Assembly (NCBI RefSeq): GCF_018350175.1
Contig: NC_058368.1
Coordinates: 79,672,001 to 79,736,000, forward strand
From: Felis catus
Lineage: Eukaryota
Direction: 5' to 3'
DNA: 64,000 nucleotides
Of the stretch, positions 51,333 to 64,000 are shown piece by piece. The translations under genes and the position numbers were made by a program. Each line of letters begins with the position of its first letter. Position 1 is the stretch's first letter. The notes beneath the pieces were generated by a model. That model did no database searches, was not told the origin of the DNA, and saw only the letters and a list, made by a program, of their open reading frames with translations.

Positions 51333-51538
51333 AGCCTGGCAGGCTCAGTCCGCTAAGCGCCTGACTTCAGCTTAGATCATGATCTCACTGCTCATGAGTT
51401 CGAGCCCCACATCAGGCTCTCTGCTGACAGCGCAGAGCCCGCTTTGGTTCCTGTCTCCCTCTGTCTCTGCCCCTCCCCAATTTGTGCTTTCTCTCTGTCT
51501 CAAAAATAAATAAAAACATCAAATTTTTTTTAAAAAAA
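51333..51538 (+). mobile_element. Can-SINE (SINEC)
   Basis: Slightly 5'-clipped head, body and A-rich tail. Confidence 0.92.
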
Positions 51539-51820
51539 TCAGGAATTGAAATGATAAACCTTGTCTCATTCTTTTCATAAAGAGGAGTCATCTGTGGTCA
51601 TGTACGCTAATTGGCACAAAAGCCCCATCCACATCAACAGATACATTTCCTATAAAACCTTACTTTCTTATGTTTAATCACGATACATACAATTTTATAA
51701 TATGTTTGTTGTTTTGATCAATTTCTTCAATTAATAATTGTCATGACTCAATTCAGAAGAAAACGTAGAGCACTCTGGTCATTAGAAATGAGTAGAGTTT
51801 TATAAGATTTCATATACAGG

Positions 51821-52033
51821 GTTTTTTTTTAAGTTTATTTATTTATTTTGAGACAGAGAGAGAGCATGTGAGCAGAGGAGAGGCAGAGGGAAAGGGAGAG
51901 AGAGAATCCCAAGCAGGCTCCACACTGTCAGTGCACAGCCTGATGCAGGGCTCAATCCCAGGAACCGTGAGATCATGATCTGAGCCAAAATCTAGAGACG
52001 GACACTTAACTGACTGAGCCACCCAGGTGCCCC
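51821..52033 (-). mobile_element. Can-SINE (SINEC)
   Basis: Full element; degenerate TSD aagatttcatatacagggtttt / aagactttatatacggtttt. Confidence 0.95.
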
Positions 52034-52579
52034 AAGACTTTATATACGGTTTTTGAGAAGAATTATATAGGTTGGACAGTAAAATATATTACAAGAACAT
52101 AAAATCTGTGGGAAACTGCAAATAAAGAGAACAGTAGAAATCATTCTATCGTAAAAGAACTTGTTCATATGCCTTTTAAATGGAGGATGGAGTAACCAGA
52201 GTACTAGGATACTTAGATCCCACTGGGTCCATTTTTTAAAGTGATGTACCACTTTTATTTTAAAAAGCCAATATTCACTGGACACCAGAAATCATAATTT
52301 TCCCAACAATTAGGACTTTTAAATAGAATCTTTAGCTATCGTCTTAAAAGAGAGCAGATCCTGCAGCCTTTCAAGCTTCTTTCATGGTTGGCAAAAAAAA
52401 AAAAAAATGTTAAAGCTGCTGCTTTAGAATATTATACAGTAAAAAGTAAGAAATTGAACATCTGCTGGGTCAAACCCCATGTCCTACTCTGACTGATCCA
52501 TCATATTTCAGCAGAGAATGAGGTATGACCCTGTAGCTCTACTATCATAGCCAGAGAACATTTCTTTTTTAGATTCCCA

Positions 52580-52712
52580 GGGGGGTACCCAGGTGGCTCA
52601 GTCAGTTAAGTGTCCAACTCTTGATCTCAGCTCCTGTCTTGATCTCAGGGTCATGAGTTTAAACCCTGTGTTGGGCTCGACACTGGGCATGAAGCCTACT
52701 TAAAAGAAAGAA
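52580..52712 (+). mobile_element. Short Can-SINE (tRNA-derived part only, no CT-rich segment)
   Basis: The head runs directly into gaagcctacttaaaagaaag. Confidence 0.88.
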
Positions 52713-55229
52713 GGAAGGATTGCCTCCCCCTGCAGCCATCGCCAGGAACTGCTGTGTGTGACCACCTCCTTGTGTACCTATATTCTGTGAATGGGACAGG
52801 AAAGAGGCTTGCTCCTCTCCTGAAGGATGATGACCCTTAAATTAGTTGAGTAAGATTTTCCCTTTTATTAGTGATGTCCTGCTATTTAATTCACAAGGAA
52901 AAAGAAGCTTGGAGGTATAATGGGCCACCTTATGTAGGCAAAGGCTATGTTCAGGGAAAGAACAAACATACACATACAAATGACTGGAGAATTAATTTGT
53001 AATGAAACAATCTCTGAAGCACAAAGAGAAATTGCACTGGAAAGCCAATTAATAAAATACAAAGTGAGAAAAGATTTAGCTTGGGTTGCTAGGCTGGAGA
53101 AGCCTCTGTCGGGGAGATTTTGCAGACAGTCCTATGCCCTTCAGCAATTCGATAGAAGCACTATAAATCACCTTTCGGAGAAAGGAATGGATGCTTAGTG
53201 ATTAATAATTGTGAGGTTTCTTCTGCAGTAGATGCTGACACCTTAACACTGTTTGGGACAGAAGCATGTTTTAAAACTTCATTGTTACAGAACAGTGGTT
53301 CAGAGCAGAGACCAGAGGTCAGAGGAACAGCCCTTCACGTTTACAGATTTGAACACTCTGCAGCCAGCACAGACCTGAGCACTCGTCGGGTGTAAATGAA
53401 AACGAAAATTTCCTTTTGTGTGTTTCCAGTCTGGGTGCACAGAGTTACATCACAATACCGCGCGATGCTAAGTGCTGAAACAAAACAAAGCAAATGGACG
53501 CGGAGAAGCAGGACACTGCCTGCGACGTGCCTCCAGGGAGGCCTCTCTGACAAGAGAAGAGACAGAAAACTAAGACACACATGGTAAAGTCACTTTTCAA
53601 CTGGTGCCAACAGCTCCAACAAGGTAAACAGAGTCAGATTAAAACTGTCGGAAGCTGAAGACAAATATTATCCAAGGGATATTAGTATGAGGTCTACCCG
53701 AAGTCCAAGGGTCATTCAAGATAAAGTCTGACTCCAAGTTAAGAGCTCATTAAAAAGAATAAATATTGATGGATAGATAGATCAATAGACGTGGGATAAG
53801 ACAGGCATTGAAATGTTAATGGTTGAATCTAGGGGTTGGGCATACAGTTGTTCCTGGTAGAATTCTTTCAACTTTGAACATTTACAGAATAACATGGTCT
53901 GAGGACATATTAAAATGACACATTAGAAAAATATATTCTTCTCAAGGTTACAAATAAATTTCAGGTTAGCATAAGTCATACATTATAACAATCATTAAGA
54001 ATAATTATGAAATTCATCCAATTTGCATTGGTGTTTACTTAAATCCCATTCCATATAGCTATCGTCTTTTAAAAATGTGTGACAACAGACAACGTTGTAT
54101 TAGTTTCAGGTGAAGAAGGTAGTGATTCCACAGGCCTATACGTTACTCATCTGCACTCAGTTCTGGTTTTGTCTTAAGACAGAGTAGCCAATGAAAAGTC
54201 ACACTCATGTGTCTTTCAGTTACACATGTACATGGATGGTACAGAGATATTGAGATGATGAAATTACCCTTTACCTGTGCATAGGGGAGAAATACATTCT
54301 AATTTCATAGAAAACCCCTCTAAAGCAAAAAACCATCAAGTTTTCAATATTAAGTGCTGATATGAATGTTAAAAGCCCTCATTCTTAAATATTTAATTAG
54401 TCACTGAAATCTGACAAAACCAGTAATGACTGGTAGATGACTTCAACAATGTAGACTGACACCACTCACGCCAAATGGCATAGCTCCAAAAGTCCCAAAA
54501 ATACAGTAGCAAAATAGTTTTCCTCTTCCAAAAAGAGTTTGAAAATGTAGGGCTGTATGTAGTCGAGAGTCTCCGGAAGGTCACACATTAGAAACTGAAC
54601 AGAAACTTTCTAATATCAGAGTATGATGGTGGCTCCATGACTGTTATGACCAAAGCTAGTTTTTAGAAGAAACTTCCCTCAAATTTCTCTTCAGATTCTC
54701 TTAAATGCAAACAAACAAACTATTTCAAAAGAAATAGGGCACAGAAATCTCAAGGTCTGCCAGACCAGAGGTGTAATTTCTAAGAATCAAAAGTGAAATG
54801 AGGACAGAGTTACAATAACTTGATCCCTCACAAGGAAATTAAGCAATTTCCACTCCCCCCTCCCTGCCATGCACGCTTACTGGGGAGGGATGTTCCCATC
54901 ACACAAAGCATCTTTCTAAGGTGTCTGGGATCATTTTGATCCTTTCCCTCCCACTATAGTTATATTTGTTCAATTGCTTCCAGTTAGGCAAAAAATGGCT
55001 TTTGGCTAGCACTTTCCTTGTGGAATGTGAAGCTGGCCGAGGAAGGTGCCGACTTTGGACGGGCCACTGGAACACTGCCTTCTGGAACTTGTACCATGTT
55101 AGTTCATTATTTCTAGCAAAAGTGTATTTCATACTATCCAAAAATAAGTTCTCCACCCAATAACACGACTGGGCTGCAGTAACAGGAAAACATATCTCAG
55201 TGGAGCAAATCCATAGTAGATGGATGACT

Positions 55230-55914
55230 GATAAACACCGGAGTGTTGGCTGTGAAAATATATTAATAAAAATTTAGGGACATTAAGATTAAGACGAATA
55301 GGATGGTATACAAATATTGTACTCTAGTTCGTAAAGTTGTTTTTCACTGGGATGTGTCATGGAAGTTCTGAAATTGGTTTTTGTGTGTTCCAAGACTGAA
55401 AAACTAAGTAAATATTTTTAGGGAATGGACAGCTGAGACTCTCATTATCAGAGTAATAAGTTACAAATGAAGAAAGCGGAATCCTAAAATGAACCCCAGC
55501 ATGTTGGATTGGAACCAAAAGCACGAACTAAGGAACACGCACACATACACAGATAGATATTGAAATAGGTAAAGATATGTATGTGCGCATTTGCATGCCT
55601 ATACACATTTTTTGATCTGTCCATGAAGGACTCCTAGAAACAATGAATGATACTAAAGTAGCAATGAGCACAGCACACAACTTGGTTCCTAAACATCATC
55701 TTCCAGTGATAACTAGAGTTCTTTAGAAAAATAGCTCTTCCAAAGTGGGGGCAGGGAAAATATAAGATGAGCCTGGAACATCTTGTGGTACCAGAAAAGA
55801 AGGAGGTGCCCCCAAAGTGGTGGAGTTATGTCACACACAAAAAAGAAGAAGCCAATTTTAAGAGGTTCCCAAATGTCAAAGCCAGCACCATTTGAACAAT
55901 AACCTAAATCCAAT
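55230..55914 (+). mobile_element. L1MC/L1MD-like 3' UTR fragment
   Basis: aagttacaaatgaag, ttggattggaa, ggggcagggaaaatataagatgagcctggaacatcttgtggtaccagaaa. Confidence 0.65.
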
Positions 55915-56630
55915 TATTTCAATAATTACATTAAATAGAAATGGCCTAAAATAGCACTAATGAAAAGAAATTGACAGACTGAATTTTATTAAGAAATAAT
56001 TATATGCTATCTATAAGAAATCTACTTCAAACATAATCATACAGGTAAATTAGAAGTAAGCAGACAGTATAACAGTGTGCCAAGTAAATACTAATTGAAA
56101 AACCTAAAGTGGCTACAGTAATAGCAAAAAAAGTAGGCTTCAGAGAAAGGAAAATTACTAAGAATACGGAAAGACACTGCATTGTTATAAACAGTCAATT
56201 AATCAAAAGTAAATAATAATCCTAAATGTGTACGCATATAACAACAAAGTTCCAAGATAATGAAGCAAAAACTGAAAAAAATAGGCAAAACCACAAGTGA
56301 TGATGATGATGATGTCAGTGGTCCTCTCACAATGATAGATCGAACAAGTGGAGAGAAAATCTGTGAGGAAATGAAAGACCCACAACCCCCACCTGACAAT
56401 ATTACCTCAGGGATGTTCCAGACTCCACGGTCAACAAGCAAACTGCATATTTTTGTTCAAGTGTACATAGATACACATCAAAACAAACCATATTCTGGGC
56501 CACAAAACAAACCTAAACAAAATTAAAAGGATTTAAATCAGGAAAAGTCATTTCCCTTGCCAAACATAATGATAAATCAAGAACAGAAAGATCCTTCGAA
56601 AATGTTCAAATGTTAGGAAAATTAGGATCC
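55915..56630 (+). mobile_element. Old L1M ORF2 endonuclease-region remnant
   Basis: aataattacattaaatagaaatggcctaaa (IITLNxNGL-like), tatatgctatctataagaaatctacttcaaa, ataatcctaaatgtgtacgca, ccatattctgggccacaaaacaaacct. Confidence 0.75.
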
Positions 56631-56633
56631 CGC

Positions 56634-56901
56634 TTTTATTTTTATTTTTTTAAGTGTTCACTTATTTTGAGAGGGAGAGAGAGAGACAGATAGAGTATGC
56701 ACGCAAGTGTGAGCGGGGGACAGGCAGAGAGAGAGAGGGAGAGAAAGAATCCCAAGCAGGCCTCATGTTGCCAGCACAAAGCCCAATGGATGAGGGACTA
56801 GAACCTGCTTGGGGTTCTCTCTCGCCCTCTCTTTCTACCCCTCCCCCACTCTCTCCCTCTCTCTCTCTCCATAAATAAACATTAAAAAAAATAAAATAAA
56901 A
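56634..56901. mobile_element. Fusion of two oppositely oriented SINE 3' halves; both heads are missing
   Basis: Minus-strand tail and body at 56634-56805 join a plus-strand body and tail at 56801-56901, overlapping at gaacc. Confidence 0.85.
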
Positions 56902-58682
56902 TTGGCAATCATTGGAAACAACCCAGATATTCCTCAATATGTGTGGTCCGTGGCTGCACAAACTATGTTACATCTGTACAAGGAAGATGCTCCACATCAA
57001 ACGTAAAGAACCTCAGAGGAGGGGCCAAGATGGTGGAGCCGCATGGAAGTTCTCTGTTTCTCTCACCCCTGAAAGGCAGCTAGAGCAGCACCAAACCATC
57101 TTGCACACCTAGAAAATTGATCTGAGGATTAACACGACAATCTCCATAACTTGAGCCACAGAACTTGGCAGGTACGCAGCGCGGAGAGACGGACTGGGGG
57201 AGAGAGAAGCCAAAGAGGGCAGGGAGCTGTTTTTGCTTGTGGAGAGAGGACAGAGACAGCGGGGAGAATTTAGGAAAATCACTCCCCCTGAAAGTAGCTG
57301 GAGAGAAAGAGAAAGACTGGAAACACCCTCAAAGTACTGAACAAGAAAGGGAGAATGGAGAGGGCTTTAATACCATTAAGACTCTATAATCAGGGGGAGC
57401 ACAGTCAGAAACTCTGCAGCTCAATACCTGGTGGTACTCTCATGGGAAAGGCGAGTCCCCAGGAGCAGACAGTGAGGTCTGAGGGGTCCTTGGGCCACAC
57501 AGGGAGAGGCAGCTCCCCTGCTGGGAGGACATTTAGTAGAGGCTGTGTGGCCTCCCCTGGGGAGAAGGTCCCAGTGGACCCCAGAGAACAGCAACATTTG
57601 CCGGTGCTGGCACAAGGACACTAGGGTGTGGTGAAGGCTGGCACCACACGTGTGCTGTGTTTCACCATAGTCCCTGAACCATTGCGTTGCACAATCACAT
57701 GCACTTTTTCAGGGGTGGGCTGGTACCTGGCTGCAGTCTCTGGGTATCTGCAGCAGCGTGGTTGCACAAGCATTCCTGGGGTGGACCTGTACCTGGTCAT
57801 TGCGTGGCAAGACCCTCCCTCAGAGGATCCGAGTGGGTCCAAGCTGCAGGGCCCTCAGAAGCAAGGGGTTTGGAAACACAGCCCCGTCTGAGATAAAAGT
57901 CAGGAGGGAGGTGCCACCTGTCTGGCTGATGGCCTGGTCACAGACAGTACAGAAGCAGGGAGTGGACAAAAGATGGAGACAAAGGAGGGGGGCCTGATGG
58001 CTGGTCAGTGAGAGCACAGAGTTCTGATACTAGAGACTGGGAAGCTGGGTGACACCATTTTTGCCTCTCCCGCACATGTGCATAAACGTAGACATGTGCC
58101 ATACCAATCTGCCCCAGTAAGCTAAGCAGCGCCACCTAGTGGAGAATGGAGCTGTGACACCAAGCCCCATCCAACTGTGCCAACCAAGCACTAGAGGACC
58201 ACAAGTATCTCCGCCCGCTTACTGTATGGACATAAAGTGCTTCATAGTTTGACTTCTAGGGGAAACTGGATGTAATTTCAATTGTATTTCATTTTGCTCA
58301 CTGGTCCATCTATTCACTTTTTTTCTTTTTCTTTTCTTATTCTTGGGTACAGAGAGAGGAAAACTTGTTTTTATTTTCCATTTTTTATGAAAAAGATTTT
58401 TCTTTAATTTTTTTCTACTGTATTTTTTTATAAATTTTTATGCTATTTTACCTTCTTCATTTCATTTTATTCTATTTCATTGTATGCATTTTAAAATTTT
58501 TAAAACTTTTCTTACTCTATTTCTTTTATTTTCTTTCCCTTTTTTCTCTTTTCTATCAAGCTTATTTCAACAACCAGACTGAAACACACCTAGGATTTAG
58601 CTTCCTTCATTTGATTTTTTCTGTTGTTTTTAATTTTTTTCATTTTATTTTTAATTTTATTAATTCTTTTTCTTCCTCCAAA

Positions 58683-59403
58683 ATGTTGGAATTAAGGAAT
58701 CCACCCTAAAAGAAAGAACAGGAAGAAATGACAGCCAGGGACTTAAGCAACACAGATATAAGCAAGATGTCTGAATTTAGAATCACGATAATAAGAAGCT
58801 GTGGTTGAAAAAAGCATAAAATCCTTTTCTGCAGAGGTAAAAGAAAAAGAGGGAAACTAAGACAAGACAGCACGTTATAAGAATTAGAGAATTCAGTGAC
58901 TCATTAAAAAGGAATAACATCCGAATCATAGGGATCCCAGAAGATGAAGAGAGAGAAAAAGCGGTAGAAGGTTTATGTGAGCAAATAATAGCAGAAAACT
59001 TTTCTAACCTGGGGAAAGACACAGACAACAAAATCCAGGAAGCACAGAGAACCCCATTAGATTCAACAAAACCAAACATCAACAAGGCATATCATAGTCA
59101 AATTCACAAAATACACAGACAAGAAAATAATTATGAAACAGCAAGGGAAAAAAGTCCTTAACCCACAAGGGAAGACAGACAAGGTTCACAGCAGACCTAT
59201 CCACAGAAAAGTAGCAGACCAGAAAAGAGTGGCAGGATATATTCAATGTGCTGAAATGGAAAAATATGCAGCCGAGAATTCTTTATCCAGCAAGGCTGTC
59301 ATTCAAAATAGGAGAGATAAAATGTTTTGCAGACAAACCAAAACTAAAGGAGTTTGTGACCACTAAACCAGCCCTGCAAGACATTTTAAGGGGGACTCTC
59401 TGA
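58683..59403 (+). pseudogene. L1 ORF1 remnant (stops, frameshifts, apparently shortened)
   Basis: Position between the T-rich UTR and ORF2; aaaaggaataacatccgaatcatagggatcccagaa encodes KRNNIRIIGIPE, an ORF1p motif. Confidence 0.85.
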
Positions 59404-59502
59404 GGGGAGAAAAGACAAAACAAAACAAAAAAGAGCAAAAGCAACAAAGACTAGAAAGAACCAGAGAACACCACCCGAAACTCCAACTCCATAGGCAACA
59501 CA

Positions 59503-62500
59503 ATGCCAATAAGTTCATATCTTTCAGTACTCACTCTAAATGTCAATGGACTAAATACGCCAATCAAAAGACATGGGGTAACAAAATGGATAAGAAAACA
59601 AGATCCATCTATATACTGTTTACAGGAGATACATTTTAGACCTAAAGACACCTTCAGATTGAAAGGGGATGGAAAACCATCTATCATGCTAATGGTCACC
59701 AAAAGAAAGCCAGAATAGTCATACTTATATCAGACAATCTAGATTTTAAAATAAACGCTGTAACAAGAGACGAAGAAGGACATTGTATCGTAATTAAGGT
59801 TTATCCACCAAGAAAATCTGACAATTGTAAACATTTATTCCCCCAATGTGAACACCCAAATATATAAATCAATTAACCACAAACATAAAGAAACTCACTG
59901 ACAATAATACTATGATACTAGGACTTCAACACCCCACTTACAGCAATGGCCAGATCATCTAAGCAGAAATTCAACAAGGAAACAATGGCTTTGAATGACA
60001 CACTGGACTGGATGGACTTAACAGATATATTCATAACATTTCACCCCAAAGCAGCAGAATACACATTCTTCTCGAGTGCACATGGAACATTCTCCAGAAT
60101 AGATCACCTACTGGGACATAAATTGGCCTTCAACAAGTACAACAAGATTGAGATCACACCCGTGCATATTTTCAGACCACAACACTGTGAAAATTGAAAT
60201 CAACCACAAGAAAAACTTTGGAAAGACAAAAAATGCTTGGAGACTAAAGAACATCATATTACAGAATGAAAGGGTTAACCAGGAAGTTAAAGAGGAAGTT
60301 AAAGAGTACATGGAAGCCATTGAAAATAACACCACAGCTCAAAACCTCTGGGATGCAGCAAAGATGGTCATAAGAGGGAAGTATACAACAATCCACACTT
60401 TCCTAAAGAGGGACGAAAGGTAATAGATATACAACCTAAACTTACACTTTAAAAAGCTGGAAAAAGAACAGCAAATAAAACCCAAAACCAACAGAAGACA
60501 GGAAATAATAAAAATTAGAGCAGAAATCAGTGCTATCAAAACCAAAAAAACAGTAGAACAGATTAATGAAATCAGGAGCTGGTTCTTTGAAAGAATTAAC
60601 AAAATTGATAAACCCCTAGCCAGTTGGATCAAAAATAAAAAGGAAAGGACCCAAATAAATAAAATCAAGAATGAAAGAGGAGAAATCACAACCAACACTG
60701 CAGAAATACAAACAATAATAAAAGAATATTATGAGCAATTATTTATGCCAATAAATTGAGCAATCTGGAAGAAATGAACAAATTCCTAGAAATATATAAA
60801 CCACCAAAACTGAAACAAGAAGAAATAGAAAATTTGAACAGACCCATACCAATAAAGAAATTGAATTAGTAATCAAAAATCTCCCAAAAAACAAGAGTCC
60901 AGGGTCGGATGGCTTTCTGGGGGAATTCTACCCAACATTTAAAGAGGAGTTAACAACTATTCTGTTGAAGCTGTTCCAAAAAGATAGAAATGGAAGGAAA
61001 ACTTCCAAACTCTTTCTATGAAGCCAGCATTATCTTGATTCCAAAACCAGGCAAAGACCCCACTAAAGAGGAGAACTACAGACCAACTTCCCTGATGAAC
61101 ACGGAGGCAAAAAATCTCAACAAGATACTAGTCAACCAGATCCAACAATACATTGAAAGAATTATTCACCATGATCAAGTGAGATTTATACCTGGGATAC
61201 CAGGCTAGTTCAATATCTGCAAATCAATCAATGTGATACAGCACATTCATAAAAGAAAGGACAAGAACCACATGATCCTCTCAAAAGATGCAGAGAAAGC
61301 ATTTGACAAAATACAGGATCCTTTCTTGATAAAAACCCCCAAGAAAGCAGGGATAGAAGGATCATACCTCAAGATCATAAAAGTCATATAAGAAAGACCC
61401 ACTGCTAGTATCATCCTCAATGGGGAAAAACTGAGAGCTTTCCCCCTACACAACAGGGATGTCCACTTTCACCACTGAAAGTCCTAGCCTCAGCAATCAG
61501 ACAACACAAAGGAATAAAAGGCATTCAAATCAGCCAGGAGGAAGTTAAACTTTCACTCGTCACAGGTGACATGATATTCTATATGGAAAACCCTAAAGAG
61601 TCCACCAAAAAACTGTTAGAACTGACCCATCAATTCACCAAAGTCTCAGGAAGTAAAGTCAATGCACAGAAGTCAGTTTCATTCCTATACACCAATAACA
61701 AAGCAACAGAAAGAGAAATCAAGGAATTGATCCCATTTATAACTGCACCAAACCCCATAAAATACCTAGGAATAAACCTAACCAAAGAGGTGAAAAATCT
61801 ATACACTGAAAACTACAGAAAGCTTATGAAATAAATTGAAGAAGACACACAAAAATGGAAAAAGATTCCATGCTCATGAATTGGAAAAACAACTATTGTT
61901 AAATGTCGATACTACCCAAAGCAATCTACATATTCAATGCAATCCCTATCAAAATAACACCCACATTCTTCACAGAGCTAGAACAAACAATCCCAAAATT
62001 TGTATGGAACCAGAAAAGACTCCTAATAGTCAAAGTGATCCTGAAAAAGAAAACCAAAGCTGGAGGCATCACAATCCTGGACGTCAAGATGTATTACAAA
62101 GCTGTAATCATCAAGACAGTATGGTACTGGCACAAAACAGACACTTAGATCAATGGAACAGAAAAGAGAACCCAGAAATGGACCCACAAACATATGGCCA
62201 ACTCATCTTTGACAAAGCTGGAAAGAATAGCCAGTTGAATAAAGACAGTCTCTTCAGCAAGTGGTGTTAGCAAAACTGGACAGCAACATGCAGAAGAATG
62301 AACCTGGACCACTTTCTTACACCACACACAAAAATAAACTCAAAATGGATGAAAGACCTAAATGTAAGACAGGAAGCCATCAAAATCCTTGAGCAGAAAG
62401 CAGGCAAAAACCTCTGACCTCAGCCGCAGCAATTTCTTACTCAACATGTCTCCGGAGGCAAGGGAAACAAAAGCAAAAATGAACTATTGGGACCTCATCA

Positions 62501-63271
62501 AAATAAAAAGCTTCTGCACAGTGAAGGAAACAATCAGCAAAACTAAAAGGCAACTGAAGGAATTGGAGAAGATATTTGCAAATGACATATAAGATAAAGG
62601 GTTAGTATATAAAATCTATACAGAACTTATCAAACTCAACACCCAAAAAACAAATAATCCATGAAGAAATGGGCAAAAGACATGAATAGACACTTCTCCA
62701 AAGAAGACATCCAGATGGCCAACAGACACACGAAAAGGTGCTCAACATCACTCACCATCAGGGAAATACAAATCAAAACTATAATGAGATACCACCTCAC
62801 ACCTATCAGAATGCCTAACATTAACAAGTCAGGCAACAGCAGATGTCAGCGAGGATGCAGAGAAAGAGGATCTCTTGCATTATTGGTGGGAATGCAAGCT
62901 GGTGCAGCCACTCTGGAAAACAGTGTGGAGGTTCCTCAAAAAATTAAAAATAGAACTACCCTATGACCCAGCAATTGAACTACTAGGAAATTATCCAAAG
63001 GATACAGGTGTGCTGTTTCAAAGGGGCATATGCACCCCAATGTTTATAGCAGCACTATCAATAGCCAAAGTATGAAAAGAGCCCAAATGTCCACGGACAG
63101 ATGAATGGATAAAGAAGATGTGGTATATATATATACAATGGAGGATTACTTGGTGATCAAAAAAATGAAATCCTGCCATTTGCAACAACATGGATGGAAC
63201 TAAAGGGTACTATGCTAAGTGAAATTAGTCAGTCAGAAAAAAACAAATATCACATGACTTCACTCCTATGA
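59503..63271 (+). pseudogene. L1 ORF2 remnant (endonuclease, reverse transcriptase, C-terminal domain), non-functional
   Basis: Fragments [97 protein letters not shown]; many stops and frameshifts. Confidence 0.95.
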
Positions 63272-63475
63272 GGACTTTAAGAGACAAAACAGATGAACAC
63301 AAGGGAAGGGAAGCAAAAGTAATATAAAAACAGGGAGGGGGACAAAACATAAGAAACTTCTAAATACAGAGAACAAACGGTGGGTTGCTGGAGGGGTTGT
63401 GGGTGGGGGAATGGGCTGAATGGGCAAGGGGCATCAGGGAGGACACTTGTGGAGATGAGCACTGGGTGTTACAAG

Positions 63476-63684
63476 TAGGGGAGGGGAGGGGTGGGAAAGG
63501 AAGGGGAAAAGAAAAGAAAAAAGAAAAGAAAAGAAGGGTAAAGGAAGGGAAGAGAAGAGAGAAAAGAGAAAAGAAAAGAAAAGAAAAGAAAAGAAAAGAA
63601 AAGAAAAGAAAAGAAAAGAAAAGAAAAGAAAAGAAAAAGAAAGGAAAGAAAAGGAAAGGAAAGAAAAGGAAAGAAAAGAAAAGG
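63476..63684. repeat. Purine-rich (GAAAA)n / (GGAAA)n tract
   Basis: Direct reading of the sequence. Confidence 0.95.
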
Positions 63685-63890
63685 CTAAACCACAGGGATG
63701 GGAACTGGCTGGCAGCAGGTGGGGTTGGGGGAGAAGGGCTTGGGAGAGGCTATGGAGCGGCACAGAGGGAATTTGGGCGGCGGGGCTGATCAGGGTGACC
63801 ATAGCGGTAGACACACGACCCCACCCATCAGAGCTCCTAGAACTGCACGCGAGAAACGAATTTTATCGCCTGTAAATAAAAATTAACAAA
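63685..63890 (+). mobile_element. Old L1M 3' UTR end, probably the continuation of the host fragment at 56910-57012
   Basis: gagggaatttggg..., ctcctagaactgcac...gaattttatcgcctgtaaataaaaatt resembles L1MB/MC/ME termini. Confidence 0.55.
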
Positions 63891-64000
63891 CATGTGTTAT
63901 AATCAATGACGTGCAGCCCAGGCAGGAAATAGTCATAGTCTCAAAAACTAGGTCAATAGGAATAAAAGACTAAGAATAAACGAAATAAACATCCAAGTTA

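Larger units (their letters stand above)
57016..63480 (+). mobile_element. Near-full-length decayed carnivore/felid LINE-1
   Basis: Starts gaggaggggccaagatggtgg (L1 5' terminus with YY1-like site), then a GC-rich 5' UTR, a T-rich tract, ORF1, ORF2 and a 3' UTR clipped before the poly-A signal. Confidence 0.97.

Noticed and set aside
52580..52712. tRNA gene
   Set aside because: It is the tRNA-derived head of a short Can-SINE with an A-rich tail, not a complete tRNA.
57016..63480. Active LINE-1
   Set aside because: Both ORFs have multiple stops and frameshifts, and the RT catalytic motif is degenerate.
63385..63814. Lys/Arg/Glu-rich 134 aa ORF and its Phe/Ser-rich antisense ORF
   Set aside because: Translations of the (GAAAA)n tract.

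Overview
This window is mammalian genomic DNA, almost certainly from a cat or other felid, because it carries about 30 tRNA-derived carnivore SINEs (Can-SINE/SINEC, several of the felid SINEC_Fc type). It reads as intergenic or deep-intronic sequence. I can support no host protein-coding gene, rRNA, true tRNA or CRISPR array. Most ORFs in the track come from SINE bodies, LINE-1 remnants, low-complexity tracts or chance in GC-rich DNA. Main contents: a decayed near-full-length LINE-1 (57016-63480); a 5'-truncated LINE-1 with a clear twin-priming 5' inversion and target-site duplication (TSD) (47472-49825); older L1M, L2, MIR, MLT1 and CR1 fragments; several nested SINE clusters; and three minisatellites (12, 42 and 123 bp units). 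The most interesting signals concern retroelement mechanics: two nested SINEs using the same site in the host SINE head, a headless inverted SINE fusion that may mark a multi-kb deletion, and shared private variants between neighbouring SINE heads. There is also a promoter-like ETS-CRE/CCAAT element at about 36.3 kb with candidate non-coding exons. I found no convincing previously undescribed biological system. Repeat family names come from recalled consensus motifs, not a database search, and the boundaries of old repeats are approximate.
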